Shown piece after piece: positions 1 to 10,521 of a DNA stretch of 64,000 nucleotides (positions within the stretch are counted from its first letter, which is position 1; the number at the start of each line of letters is the position of its first letter). The stretch comes from Squalus acanthias. Lineage: Eukaryota. Both the position numbers and the translations under genes were made by a program. The stretch spans positions 126,420,001-126,484,000 of the forward strand of contig CM059431.1 of assembly GCA_030390025.1 (NCBI GenBank), written 5' to 3'. A model generated the notes under the pieces. That model saw only the letters and a program-made list of their open reading frames with translations, searched no databases and was not told where the DNA came from.

Positions 1-583
1 ATTCGCTTAATGTGCAGTTGGTGTGCGACCACACACAGTGAATTCTCAATGTGAATGCCCGCTATCCTGGCAGCAGCCACAATGCCTTCATCTTGCGCCA
101 GCACTCTTCCAACCACCACGTCAAGCTTGTGACTGGCTGGTCAGAAACAAGGGCTATCCGCTCTCCACCTGGCTCATGACTCCCCTCCTCAACCCCAACA
201 ATCCTGCCCAGCACTCATATAATGAGAGCCATGCCGCCACCAGGAACATCATCGAGCAGACCATCGGGGTGCACAAGGAATGGTTCCGCTGCCTTGACCA
301 TTCGGGAGGAGCCCTCCAGTACTCAGCTGAGTGGATGTCCCATTTCGTCGATGTCTGCTACATGCTCCACAATTTGGCCATCATGAGGGCCCAGCCCTTG
401 CCACCAGGGATTGCAGGACCACCTCAGGAGGAGGAAGAGGGAGAGGAGGAGGACAAGAAGGAAGAGGAGGAACAGGAAGATGAGGAGGATGATGACTAGG
501 AGGAAGAAGAGGAGTGAGGGAGGAGGCAGTCACTCAATCGGCTTTCCGGAAGGGACTGCTTCATCAGACTGTGGTTCCAATAA
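1..583 (+). pseudogene. Harbinger (HARBI1-like, DDE_Tnp_4) transposase C-terminal part
   Basis: SLNVQLVCDH start and WLVRNKGYPLSTWLMTPL...YNESHAATRNIIEQTIGVHKEWFRCLD...MLHNLAI. The catalytic GD motif is mutated, and there is a frameshift and a premature TAG at 497-499. Confidence 0.9.
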
Positions 584-769
584 ATTAAACCCCGGATCCC
601 CATTGCTCACCACATCCCCATCATTCCATCCAGCTGAAATGAGACACACCAGAAAATAATCCAAACTGAATTAATACATTTATCAATAATCAGTTAACAC
701 ATATTTACAACAACAATATTAAGTTTTCACCCTTGTGCAATCCCATAGTGCCTCTCGATATAGTGTCTT

Positions 770-3388
770 TGCCTACTCTAGCGCTCCTACGAAGTGTGGC
801 CCAGTGGCTGCAGCAGGGCTGGTGGAAGGCTGCTGAGTGTCCGTGCAGGAGACTTCAGATGACCTTGCAGGATGCCCTCGACCAGTTCTGGGCCTGAAAG
901 GCTGGCTGTAGACAGCACCACCTCAGCATGGGCGGCAGCAGTCTGGGCTGGCTGGATGACAGACAGCGACAAGGGCAATGACAGATTGCCAGTGGTGGGA
1001 GCAGGAATGCTGTCATCCTGAGAGAGGACAGCAAGTTCCTGCTCCACTGACCCACTGCCACTCCCCCGGGGCAGCACCTCAGCATTCCTAGCAATCTGTT
1101 GCAGCACAGATTGCTGGCCTGCTGCGACACTGTGAAAGCCCCGGTCGACGGTGGTAGATCCAGCCATGATGGCAGCAGTGAGAGCTTGCGTGACATCAAG
1201 CTGAGACTGCATGAGAGCAGTCTGAGTTTGAATGGCACAACCATAGACTGCATTAGAGAATTAAGACATTGGCCCAGTAATTAAACATCGATGGTTCCCG
1301 CGGGGGTAAGGATTCCCCGCGATATCGCACTCCGCGCCTACCTTTTTGTTTGGGGCCCACACGAACTTCAGTTTCAGGGCCTCTCCCTGTTGCAACCGTG
1401 CAGTGCTTGCGTGTCCCAGAGGCGCAATTAGTTCGTGCGAGCTCTGGGATCACGTGATTCAGTTAGAGCCAATGGCAGCACACCATCTTTCATTCATAGT
1501 TTTGACAGCAAGGACTGTCAAAGCTATGAATACTACAAGCCCCCAAAAGAACAGCTGAACCTCAATTAAATTTAAAAAAAAGCCATCACATTAATAAAAT
1601 ATCTATAGTTAAATAAATTAACCACTTTAAACAAAAAATTAAATTTTTGAAAAAATTTAAAATCTTTTTAAAAGTTATAAAAATAAACTTACCTTTCTTT
1701 AAAGTCTCTAAAAAAGATAAACCTGTTGAAAAAAAATTAAAATAACACTTAATTAACTACTTACCTTGTTAAAAGGGGGTCCTACGCCTGCTTTCTTTAT
1801 GTGTAAAATCTTCACCACTTACCTGCACGTTAAAACCTGAAAAAAAACCTAAGTGCACTGCGTGCGCACAGCCTGTAGCACGCACGTGGTTAACTTAGGA
1901 ACCGCCCCCTTTGCAATACACGAAGTGCCGGTTTCCCGCGCATGCGCAGTGCATGCAGGAAACCGGCAATTTGGGACCTAATACGCAAGAGTACACAGTG
2001 CGTACTCTCGCGTATTAGGTCTAATTTTCAGGCCATTGTGTCGCTTCCGCCTGTGCTGCAATGGAAGCTGCCAGATCACCCGTCACACGCAACATCAGGT
2101 CTGGGTCGCCACGGTCTCTCTGGGAGTCTACCATCCTTTTCAGACTGGAAATGATGGGCTCCATGGTGTGCGCAGAGCTTTGTGCGTTGGAGGCGGACTC
2201 CTCCACGCTTCTTACCATTGCCGACAGACTCTCGGACACCCTTGCCATTGCACCTATCATCTCCGTGTGCATGCCCATCACCCTTCTTCTAAAGGCCGCC
2301 CCATCGAGGTCCTCATCTGAGTCCTGTGCAGCAGAACTCACACGCAAACTCACCCTCCGGGGAGCTGTCCCCCAAACTATCCTTTCCCCCTGGATTTGCT
2401 GCAGCCCGCTCCTCCCCGGTGCATCACCCTGTGCAGATCCTGCTATTATACTAGCCTCTAAAGAATGTGTAGTGCCAATATCTGAGCTGGTGCCTGCGGG
2501 TGAGACATGCAGTGACGCGGGGTGTTCTTTCTCCTCCTCTTCTCCCGACTCGCTCTCAACGGTGCCCTCAGGGACAGGCTGCTCAGCGGCTTGCTCATTA
2601 TCTGAAAGCATAAAGGCACAAGAGTCGGGTTAAGGTGAGGGGAGGTGGGCAGGAGGGAGAAATGCATGCATACAGCATGATTAGTTGGAAGGTGCAAAAA
2701 GCTTGTGGGATGAGGGGGAAGTGGGATATGAGAAAAAGGAGTAGGAATGAACATACCGTTGTTGTCCCCAAGGGGGCCAATGTTGCCGGTGGCCACAGCA
2801 CCCACCACCTGTCGCCCAATAACCTCCAGCACTCGATTCTCCAGCGCAGACACTGGTTGGGTGTCGGCTTGTCCCCCGCCTGTGCGCTCCTGCTCCTTCC
2901 TGTTGTGAGCCACCTTGGCCTGCAAGAGAAAGGAAAGTTTGTGAGTGAGTGTGGAGCAATGTATTTGGGTGATGAGCCTGCCATAGTTAAATAGCTGTCA
3001 TTTTGTGCAAGGTGTGAGATGTGGGTGTGAGTGTTGGTAGGCAGAGAATGGTGTTGGGTAAGCACTGGGGATGTGGTGTTTTGGCCAGTGTGTGCAGGCT
3101 ATCGTTCAGACGGTAGTATGTAACATTTGTTGAGGCATTGACTCACCATGACCACCCGAGTGAGGTCATTAAATTTCTTCCTGCACTGTGTGTGGATCCT
3201 GGGGACCACAGGCTGCCCGAGACCTGCTGGGCTACCTCCCTCCACATGGCACGGAAGACTTGCGGCGAGGACCTCCTGCCACTTGCCGGGTAGAGCACCG
3301 CCCTCCGTCTCTCCACAGTGAGGACCAAGGCCTCCAATGCTTGGTCTCAGAATTTGCGAGCTCTCTCCCTGGGGCGTGGATGTGCCAT
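770..3388 (-). pseudogene. Harbinger Myb/SANT-like DNA-binding partner gene, 3 exons (introns 2920-3146 and 2602-2756), interrupted by a MITE
   Basis: Exon 1 reads RERARKF.DQALEALV...WREVAQQV...QCRKKFNDL (Myb/SANT-like). GT-AG introns lie at the same positions as in copies B and D. Confidence 0.85.
1271..2034. mobile_element. Non-autonomous Harbinger-like MITE, family 1, copy 1
   Basis: GGCC termini with an ATT/ATT 3-bp TSD (1268-1270, 2035-2037). Removing it restores continuity with the Myb-gene exon 3 of copy B. Confidence 0.9.
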
Positions 3389-3858
3389 GAGTACAACTGG
3401 TTGAGTTGTCCAGCTCCTTGGGCTTGGCCTGCTCCTGCTCGCTGACACAGGTTCACAGCCAGCAATGCTGAGAATGAGGTTCTGCAGCATGATTGAACCT
3501 CCCCTTTAAGAACTGGAAAGAGCCTGTGGCAATGATGACTAGCGATTAGACTGCACCTGATATTGGTTAGTGCTTTGAGTGTAGTGCCACTGAGCTAGGC
3601 CGTTAGCGCTTGATTTAGCGCTCCAATCCTTTCTTTGAGCGATGCTACTTAATTTTGCATGCAGCATGATTAATTAGCGCCTGGTGCTAAATCTCAAACT
3701 TTTCTGAAGTTACCGTTCATTCATGGGCTATAATTAACTCCTCCCCCTATGCCTCTATTAATAAAGGTCATGATGCGGAGATGCCGGCGTTGGACTGGGG
3801 TGGACAAAATTGAGAGGTCGCACAACACCAGGTTATAGTCCAACAGTTTTATTTGAAA

Positions 3859-3900
3859 TCACAAGCTTTCGGAGCTATCGATCGCCCCTTCCTCAGGTGA
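3859..3900 (-). ncRNA. Minimal type I hammerhead ribozyme (core intact)
   Basis: The minus strand reads TCAC-CTGAGGA-A-GGGGC-gatcgata-GCTCC-GAAA-GC-TT-GTGA: stem I TCAC/GTGA, CUGANGA, 5-bp stem II, GAAA, palindromic AAGCTT stem III, CUU cleavage triplet. Confidence 0.8.
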
Positions 3901-3923
3901 AGTAAAGTCTGTATTTCTTTACT

Positions 3924-3965
3924 TCACCTGAGGAAGGGGCGATCGATAGCTCCAAAAGCTTGTGA
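3924..3965 (+). ncRNA. Minimal hammerhead ribozyme, probably inactive copy
   Basis: Same motif as 3859-3900 but GAAA is changed to AAAA at 3954 (CpG-type transition). Confidence 0.7.
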
Positions 3966-4574
3966 TTTCAAATAAAACTGTTGGACTATAACCTGGTGTT
4001 GTGCGACCTCTCAATTCTATTAATAAAGCCAAGGATCCCATCTGCTGTTTTAACAGCCTTCTCAACTTGTCCTGCCACCTTCAATGATTTGTGTACACAC
4101 ATCTTCAGGTATTTTCATTCCAGAGCCCCCTTTAATATTGTACCATTTATCTTATATTGCCTCTCCTCATTCTTTCTACCAAAGTGTATCATTATACACT
4201 TCTCTGTATTAAATTTCATCTTCCATGTGTCTTCCCATTTCAGCAATCTATCTGTGTCCTCCTGAAGTTTATTACTATCCTTCTCATTGTTTACTACATT
4301 TCTGAGTTTTGTGTCATCTACAAACTTTGAAATTCTGCCCTGCATACACAAGTCCAGGTCATTAATATATACCAAAAAGAGCAGTGGTCCTAATACAAAT
4401 TACAGGGAACACCTCTGCATTATTTCCCTCCAGTCTGAAAAACAACCGTTCACCACTACTCTCTGTTTTTTGTCCCTTAGCCAATTTCGGATCCATGCTG
4501 CCACTGTCCCTTTAATCCCATTGGGCTTCAATTTTGCTAACAAGTCTATTATGTGGTAGTTTATCAAAGGCCTT

Positions 4575-7100
4575 AAGGGCACAGCAGTCATCATGGGTGA
4601 CTTTAATCTACATATAGATTGGGCTAACCAAATTATTAACAATACTATGGAGGAGGAATTCCTGGAGTGTTTACGGGATGGTTTCCTGGACCAATATGTC
4701 GAGGAACCAACCAGAGATCAGGCCATCTTAGACTGGGTATTATGCAATGAGAAAGGATTAATTAGCAATCTTGTTGTGCGAGGCCCCTTGGGTCGGAGCG
4801 ATCATAATATGATAGAATTCTTCATTCGGATGGAGAGTGAAGTAGTTGACTCAGAGACTAGGGTCCTGAATTTAAATAAAGGAAACTACGATGGTATGAG
4901 GTGCGACTTGGGTAGGATTGATTGGGGAATGTCACTCAAAGGGTTGATGGTGGATAGGCAATGGCAAACTTTCAAAGACCGCATGGACGAACTACAGAAT
5001 TTGTTCATCCCAATTTGGCATAAGAATAAAACAAAAAGGGTGACTCAACCGTGGCTAACAAGGGAAATTAGGGATAGCATAAGATCCAAGGAGAGGGCAT
5101 ATAAATTGGCCAGAAAAAGCAGTAACCCTGAGGATTGGGAGCAGTTTAAGATTCAACAAAGGAGGTCAAAGGGATTAATTAAGAAGGGGAAAATAGAATA
5201 CGAGAGTAAGCTTGCAGAGAACATGAAAACTGACTGTAAAAGCTTTTATAGATATGTGAAGAGAAAAAGATTAGTGAAATCAAGCATAGGTCCCTTTCAG
5301 TCAGAATCAGGGGAACTTATAATGGGGAACAAAGAAATGTCAGACCAATTAAATACATATTTTGGTTCTGTCTTCACAAAGGAGGACACAAATAACCTCC
5401 CAGAGATGTTGGGGAACATAGCGTCAGATAAAAGGGAGGAACGGAAAGAAATCAGTATTTGTAGGGAAATGGTGTTAGGAAAATTGGCGGGATTGAAGGC
5501 CAATAAATCCCCAGGGCCTGATAATCTACATCCTAGGGTACTTAAGGAAGTGGCCCTAGAAATAGTAGATGCATTGCTGATCATCTTCCAACATTCGATG
5601 GAATCTGGAACAGTACCCATGGATTGGAGGGTAGCTAATGTTACCCCACTATTCAAAAAGGGTGGTAGAGAGAAAACGGGGAATTACAGACTGGTAAGCC
5701 TGACATCAGTAGTGGGGAAAATGCTAGAGTCCATCATAAAAGATGTAATAGCTGAGCACTTGGAAAACAGTGACAGAATCGGACAAAGTCAACATGGATT
5801 TACAAAAGGTAAATCATGCTTGACTAATCTACTGGAATTTTTTGAGGATGTAACTGGTAAAACAGAAAAGGGTGAACGAGTGGATGTGGTGTATTTGGAC
5901 TTCCAAAAGGCTTTTGATAAGGTCCCGCATAAGAGATTAGCGTGCAAAGTTAAGGCACATGGGATTGGGGGCAAGGTATTGACTTGGATAGAGAATTGGT
6001 TGGCAGACAGAAAGCAAAGAGTTGGAATAAACGAGTCTTTTCCCGAGTGGCAGGCAGTGACTAGTGGGGTACCGCCGGGATCGGTCCTTGGACCCCAGCT
6101 ATTCACAATATATATCAATGATCTAGACAAGGGAGCTAGATGTAATATCTCCAAGTTTGCAGATGACACAAAACTGGGTGGGCATGTGTGCTGCGAGGAG
6201 GATGCCGAGAAACTCCAGGATGATTTGGACAGGTTGGGTGATTGGGCAGAAGCGTGGCAGGTGCAATATAACGTGGATAAATGCGAGGTTATCCACTTTG
6301 GTGTCAAAAACAGAAAGGCAGATTATTATCTGAATGGCAATAGATTGGGAGAAGGGGAAGTGCAACGAGACCTGGGTGTCCTTGTGCACCAGTCGCTGAA
6401 GGTAAGCATGCAGGTGCAGCAGGTGGTTAAGAAGGCAAATGGTATGTTGGCCTTCATAGCGAGAGGGTTTGTGTACAGGAACAAGGATGTCTTGCTGCAG
6501 TTGTACAGGGCCTTGGTGAGACCACACCTGGAGTACTGTGTGCAGTTTTGGTCACCTTATCTGAGGAAGGATGTTTTTGCCATGGAAGGAGTTCAGCGAA
6601 GATTCACAAGGCTGATACCTGGGATGGCAGGAATGACGTATGAAGAAAGATTGGGTCGATTGGGCTTATACTCGCTGGAGTTTAGAAGAATGAGAGGGGA
6701 TCTCATTGAAACTTATAAAATTCTGACAGGACACGACAAACTAGATGCAGGAAGGATGTTCCCGATGGTCAGGGAGTCCAGATCCAGGGGTCACAGTCTA
6801 AGGATAAGGGGTAAGCCATTTAGGACAGAAATGAGGAGGAACTTCTTCACCCAGAGAGTGGTGAACCTGTGGAATTCTCTGCCACAGAAGGCAGTAGAGG
6901 CCAATTCATTAAATAGATTCAAGAAGGAGTTGGATATATTTCTTAAGGCTAAAGGGATCAAGGGATATGGGGAGAAAGCAGGGACAGGGTACTGAATTTG
7001 GATGATCAGCCATGATCGCATTGAATGGCAGAGCAGGCTAGAGTGGCCGAATGGCCTACTCCTGCTCTATCTTCTTTGATCCTATGATCTATGGTCTATG
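4575..7100 (+). mobile_element. Young 5'-truncated CR1 LINE inserted antisense into the older CR1
   Basis: Uninterrupted ORF, CR1-type 3' UTR and (ATCTATG)-like tail. The host CR1 resumes collinearly at about 7101. Confidence 0.95.
4593..6995 (+). CDS. CR1 ORF2 (partial AP endonuclease plus reverse transcriptase), 800 aa without stops
   Basis: MGDFN and SDH endonuclease motifs; KSPGPD, QHGFTKGKSCLTNL, YLDFQKAFDKV, GVPPGSVLGP and [10 protein letters not shown] motifs. Confidence 0.95.
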   Translation: MGDFNLHIDWANQIINNTMEEEFLECLRDGFLDQYVEEPTRDQAILDWVLCNEKGLISNLVVRGPLGRSDHNMIEFFIRMESEVVDSETRVLNLNKGNYDGMRCDLGRIDWGMSLKGLMVDRQWQTFKDRMDELQNLFIPIWHKNKTKRVTQPWLTREIRDSIRSKERAYKLARKSSNPEDWEQFKIQQRRSKGLIKKGKIEYESKLAENMKTDCKSFYRYVKRKRLVKSSIGPFQSESGELIMGNKEMSDQLNTYFGSVFTKEDTNNLPEMLGNIASDKREERKEISICREMVLGKLAGLKANKSPGPDNLHPRVLKEVALEIVDALLIIFQHSMESGTVPMDWRVANVTPLFKKGGREKTGNYRLVSLTSVVGKMLESIIKDVIAEHLENSDRIGQSQHGFTKGKSCLTNLLEFFEDVTGKTEKGERVDVVYLDFQKAFDKVPHKRLACKVKAHGIGGKVLTWIENWLADRKQRVGINESFPEWQAVTSGVPPGSVLGPQLFTIYINDLDKGARCNISKFADDTKLGGHVCCEEDAEKLQDDLDRLGDWAEAWQVQYNVDKCEVIHFGVKNRKADYYLNGNRLGEGEVQRDLGVLVHQSLKVSMQVQQVVKKANGMLAFIARGFVYRNKDVLLQLYRALVRPHLEYCVQFWSPYLRKDVFAMEGVQRRFTRLIPGMAGMTYEERLGRLGLYSLEFRRMRGDLIETYKILTGHDKLDAGRMFPMVRESRSRGHSLRIRGKPFRTEMRRNFFTQRVVNLWNSLPQKAVEANSLNRFKKELDIFLKAKGIKGYGEKAGTGY

Positions 7101-7170
7101 AAAGACCATATGCACAAAATCAACTGCACTATACTCATCAACCCTTTCCGTTACTTCATCAAAGAACTCA
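7101..7170 (-). mobile_element. Old CR1 RT fragment (scaffold piece)
   Basis: The minus strand reads EFFDEVTERVDEYSAVDFVHMVF and is contiguous with KAFDKL ending at 4574. Confidence 0.75.
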
Positions 7171-7179
7171 GTGTTGACA

Positions 7180-9817
7180 TCCTGCACAAACCTGAAGTGC
7201 TGTGCGCGAGACACTGGGTGCCCCTTCCCTGGCTTGTTGAGCCACTTGTGTTAGTGCTGAAGCACCTTAACCATTTTTTTATGTGTGAAAGCAGTTCAGC
7301 TTTAAGAGTTGAAGACTGCCATTGTGGAATTATTTTTAATGTTTATTTCTTTCACAAGGCAGTTGAGCTCTAAGGACTAAAGACTGCCTATTTTTAAATA
7401 ATTGTTATTTTTTTCATTTTAGAAGGCAGTTCCCTTTTAAGGGATCAACACTGCTTTCTAAAATGACAGGCTAGGTTTAAGACAATGCTGCCTTGTTCCA
7501 GGGACGCTACGGCAACGTTACATTGAGCCTCCTGCTGAGACTACTGCCGGACAAAGAGTGTTGCGCGCCAGGTTTTGTGCAGCGCTAATTTAAATTAGCA
7601 GGCAGCATAGGGGAAACATTTGTGCTTGCCAGTAAAGTTGCCAGTGTCACTGGCAACTGGAGTTAATGGCCGCTGAGAATGGCTGCAATGCTAATGGAGT
7701 GAAATTGGTCTGGGGGGCATGGAGATTGGTGGCGCAGCACTTACCTTCCATAGAGTGCCATCCTGGTGACGTTGCTGGAGGCAACTGAGGCAAAGTTCCT
7801 GTCAAGGTGTGGCATTGAAGCTTTGCAAAACCTCTGGTATCGAGGCTTTGGAGTTCGCAAGGAATTGTGGGTAAAGAAGAAGTCTGAGAATTAAAGGGGC
7901 CATGCACACTGAAGCAATACAAAATTAAAGGAAGTGAAACAATGCAGTTTTCTGCCCTTTCTGCCTTTTTAAAAATAGTTAACATTAAAAAGAAGTCCCA
8001 AATGTGAATATTCAGCTCTTAAAGCTGAATTACCTTCCTAACCTCAACAAATGGGAAAATTACCTCAGCACTAACACAAATGGCTCAGCAAGCCAGGGAA
8101 GGGGCACCTAGGGTCTTGCACGCAGCACTCCAGCTTTGTGCAGGGGGTCAATACTACAAGAGAGGTCCTCTACCCACAAGGGCTATGAGGCCCTCCAGAA
8201 AGAAAGCTGTGGGACCAGATCACCGAGGCTGTCACTGTCTGCAGTACCACCTCCACCACCTGGCTCCAGTGCCCAAAGAAGCTTCATGACCTCAGACCAC
8301 TGGTCAAGGTCAGTGAATGCATCTTCAAAAGTCGTCTCCTACCAACTGCACCACTAGTGACACACACTGCTCAATGCACGACCCCCAATCACTCACCAAC
8401 AATCTGCATCAATCATGAGGCACACCTCCCATTTCTAGCCTCACCTCACCCCCTTGGAGGAGACGGTGCAGGCCCTTCTTGGCAGTGGAATGGCTAAGCC
8501 CTTGGCCAGCGGCGGGACTGAAAGGATACAAGATGCTGGTATCCTCATACGTTATCCTCCTTCTGGTGTGCACCTCTTGCTTTCCCGCTCTCCCCTCACC
8601 ACAGCTCCACCCTGTGCCTTCCTCATTTCACACACCCAAGAAATGCAGCCTGCACAGCCAGTGGGTGACCAAGAAGAGGGGGAAGAGAGTGAAAAAGAAC
8701 AAGAACAGAGAAGAAGAAGAAGGTTGATTTGACACTCCCAGCCACCAGCTCCTCAAGATCGACCAGCAAGGCCATTTGCAGTGTTCCCCACTGAAAGTCA
8801 TCAGCCTTCCACCAGCCATGCTGCAGCCACTGAGGTAGCACTGCGAGACATCAGTAGGATAGGCAAAGGCACACACAAGACAGTCACTAAGAGAATGCTT
8901 ACGGGTGATGAGTTGATTTCTTGATGTCTCATTGGATGAATACATGTATATGGGTGGATTGGAAATTTTGCTTTTTGGTGGCTTTTATTTCAGCATCGTG
9001 GCCAAGAGGACATTGTGATGGTCAGTAACAGATGGAAGGTAAGGTGCGGGACTAATGTTGAAAGGGAATTTGGGGTTATGGTCACTGGGACCTTAGGCAG
9101 ATGATTCCATCCGGGATATCCCAGCCACAACGAGGCTGTCTGGGATGTATCCTTCCTCTTCTGCTTCCTCCTCTTCTGTGTCTTCCTCTTCCCTCTGCAA
9201 GCAGATGCTGTAAATGTGAAATGACAGCATAAGATGCTGGAAATACTCATCTGATCAGGCAGCATCTTGACCTGAGACGTGAACTCTGTTTTTCACTCCA
9301 TGTTTTTTGTGACCTGCTGATATTTGCAGCATGTTCTGTCTCCTCAAAGAGCTTCATTTAGCATCCGAGCCCTTGCAAGCGCCCAGCAGCACTCCCTACA
9401 CACTTAAAAAACTTTCACATTCACTATTGCAACAAGCCACCACTTCAATAAAATCAAAAAAAAACAGTCCAAAACTTACATTCAAACTTACCTAATGATG
9501 TGTGTGTCCCTTTAAGAGGTCCAGACATCGCTACTGTCAGCCTGCTTGCACCCCAGGTTAACCTGGCGTGCTTAGAACCCAGCGCTGAATTGAGCGCTAG
9601 GGTCGAAGTTTAAGTTGGTGATGCTAAGTCAATTGCGCGGCAATTGACGTCACCACACCGCCATTTTCTTTCCAGGGCGCTGCCAGTTACCGGCAGCGCA
9701 AAGGGGGGAGAAGAATATGGCAGTCACCACAGGACCCGCTACTAGCTGGCGAAAGAGCGGTGGTCGCCATTTTATCGCCACTTACGGAGTGGCAGTATGT
9801 AGATGAATTTCTAGCCC
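7180..9817. mobile_element. Degraded Harbinger element C (left boundary uncertain)
   Basis: Myb-like start MAQQAREGAPR at 8080, CAAGAAGCTTCATGACCTC-like motif and AAG|GTCAGT donor near 8308. Right TIR AATTTCTAGCCC ends at 9817, identical to the copy D TIR. Confidence 0.65.
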
Positions 9818-10157
9818 TATCTTTAGTCATCCAGGGAGCTCTAGCTTTGGATACCCTTCCTTTCCTCCTAGTGGGAATGTTTCTAGTCTGTACCCAAGCT
9901 ATCTCTTCTTTGAAGGCCTTGCATTGCTCAATTACTGTTTTGCCTGCCAAACTTTTGATTCCAATCCACCTGGGCCAGATCACTTTTCAATTCGCTGAAA
10001 TTAGCCCTCCTCCAGTTCTTTGTCCTTTTCCATGAATATTCTAAAACCTTATGATATTATGATCACAATTCCTCAAATGCTCCCCCACTGAAACCTGCTC
10101 CACTTCATTCCCCAGAACAAGACATAGAAACATAGATCCAGAACTGCTTTCTTCAGC
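9818..10157 (-). mobile_element. Old CR1 endonuclease/linker fragment (scaffold piece)
   Basis: LVLGNEVEQVSVGEHLRNCDHNIIRF and KAFKEEI...KARAPWMTKD. Confidence 0.85.
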
Positions 10158-10387
10158 ATTTTCCAATTTCCTAGCCCTAATCATCTCCTTTTCACCATGA
10201 TGTCCATTCTCTCTACACCTCCATCTCTCACAAGGACACTCTTTGGGCCCTCCGCTTCTTTCTTGAACAGAGGCCCAAACAGTCTCCATCCACTACCATC
10301 CTCCTCTGCCTGGCTGAACTTGTTCTTACATTGAACAACTTCTCCTTGGACTCCACTCACTTCCTCCAAATAAAAGGGGTCTCTATG

Positions 10388-10521
10388 AAATGTTCCCTCT
10401 AAATTTTTTTGGGTGCGCAGTCCATTTAAATTTGCTGGGCGGTATCTTTTCCAGCGGCAGCAGCTGGTGAGCGACCTGCACGAGACCTTCCGATCTGCCA
10501 CGCACCTTAGAGGGAACATTG
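10388..10521. mobile_element. 134-bp hAT-type MITE
   Basis: TIR AATGTTCCCTCTAA/TTAGAGGGAACATT. 8-bp TSD TCTCTATG/TCACTATG (1 mismatch). Interrupts the Penelope RT motif. Confidence 0.8.

Larger units (their letters stand above)
1..3747. mobile_element. PIF/Harbinger DNA transposon copy A (left part outside window), two convergent genes, degenerate
   Basis: Transposase 3' end on + and Myb-like gene on -. The right terminus (reverse complement GGGGGAGGAGTTAATTATAGCCC) aligns with the left terminus of copy B (GAGCTAGAAATTGATTATAGCCC, 11764). Abuts CR1 sequence at 3748. Confidence 0.9.
3767..4015. mobile_element. ORF-less Penelope-type pseudo-LTR inverted-repeat insertion
   Basis: 100-bp inverted arms (3808-3907 and 3917-4016, 1 mismatch). 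13-bp TSD TCTATTAATAAAG at 3754-3766 and 4016-4028. Each arm carries a hammerhead motif. Confidence 0.8.
3748..4574 (-). mobile_element. Old CR1 LINE, RT 3' part (scaffold piece)
   Basis: YINDLD...ISKFVDDTKL...WKMKFNTEKC and GIKGTVAAWIRNWLRDKKQRVVVNG, with frameshifts. Confidence 0.9.

Noticed and set aside
1271..2034. MITEs as self-contained introner elements
   Set aside because: The donors lie internally rather than at the termini, and no matching terminal acceptor is evident, so clean removal by splicing is not supported.
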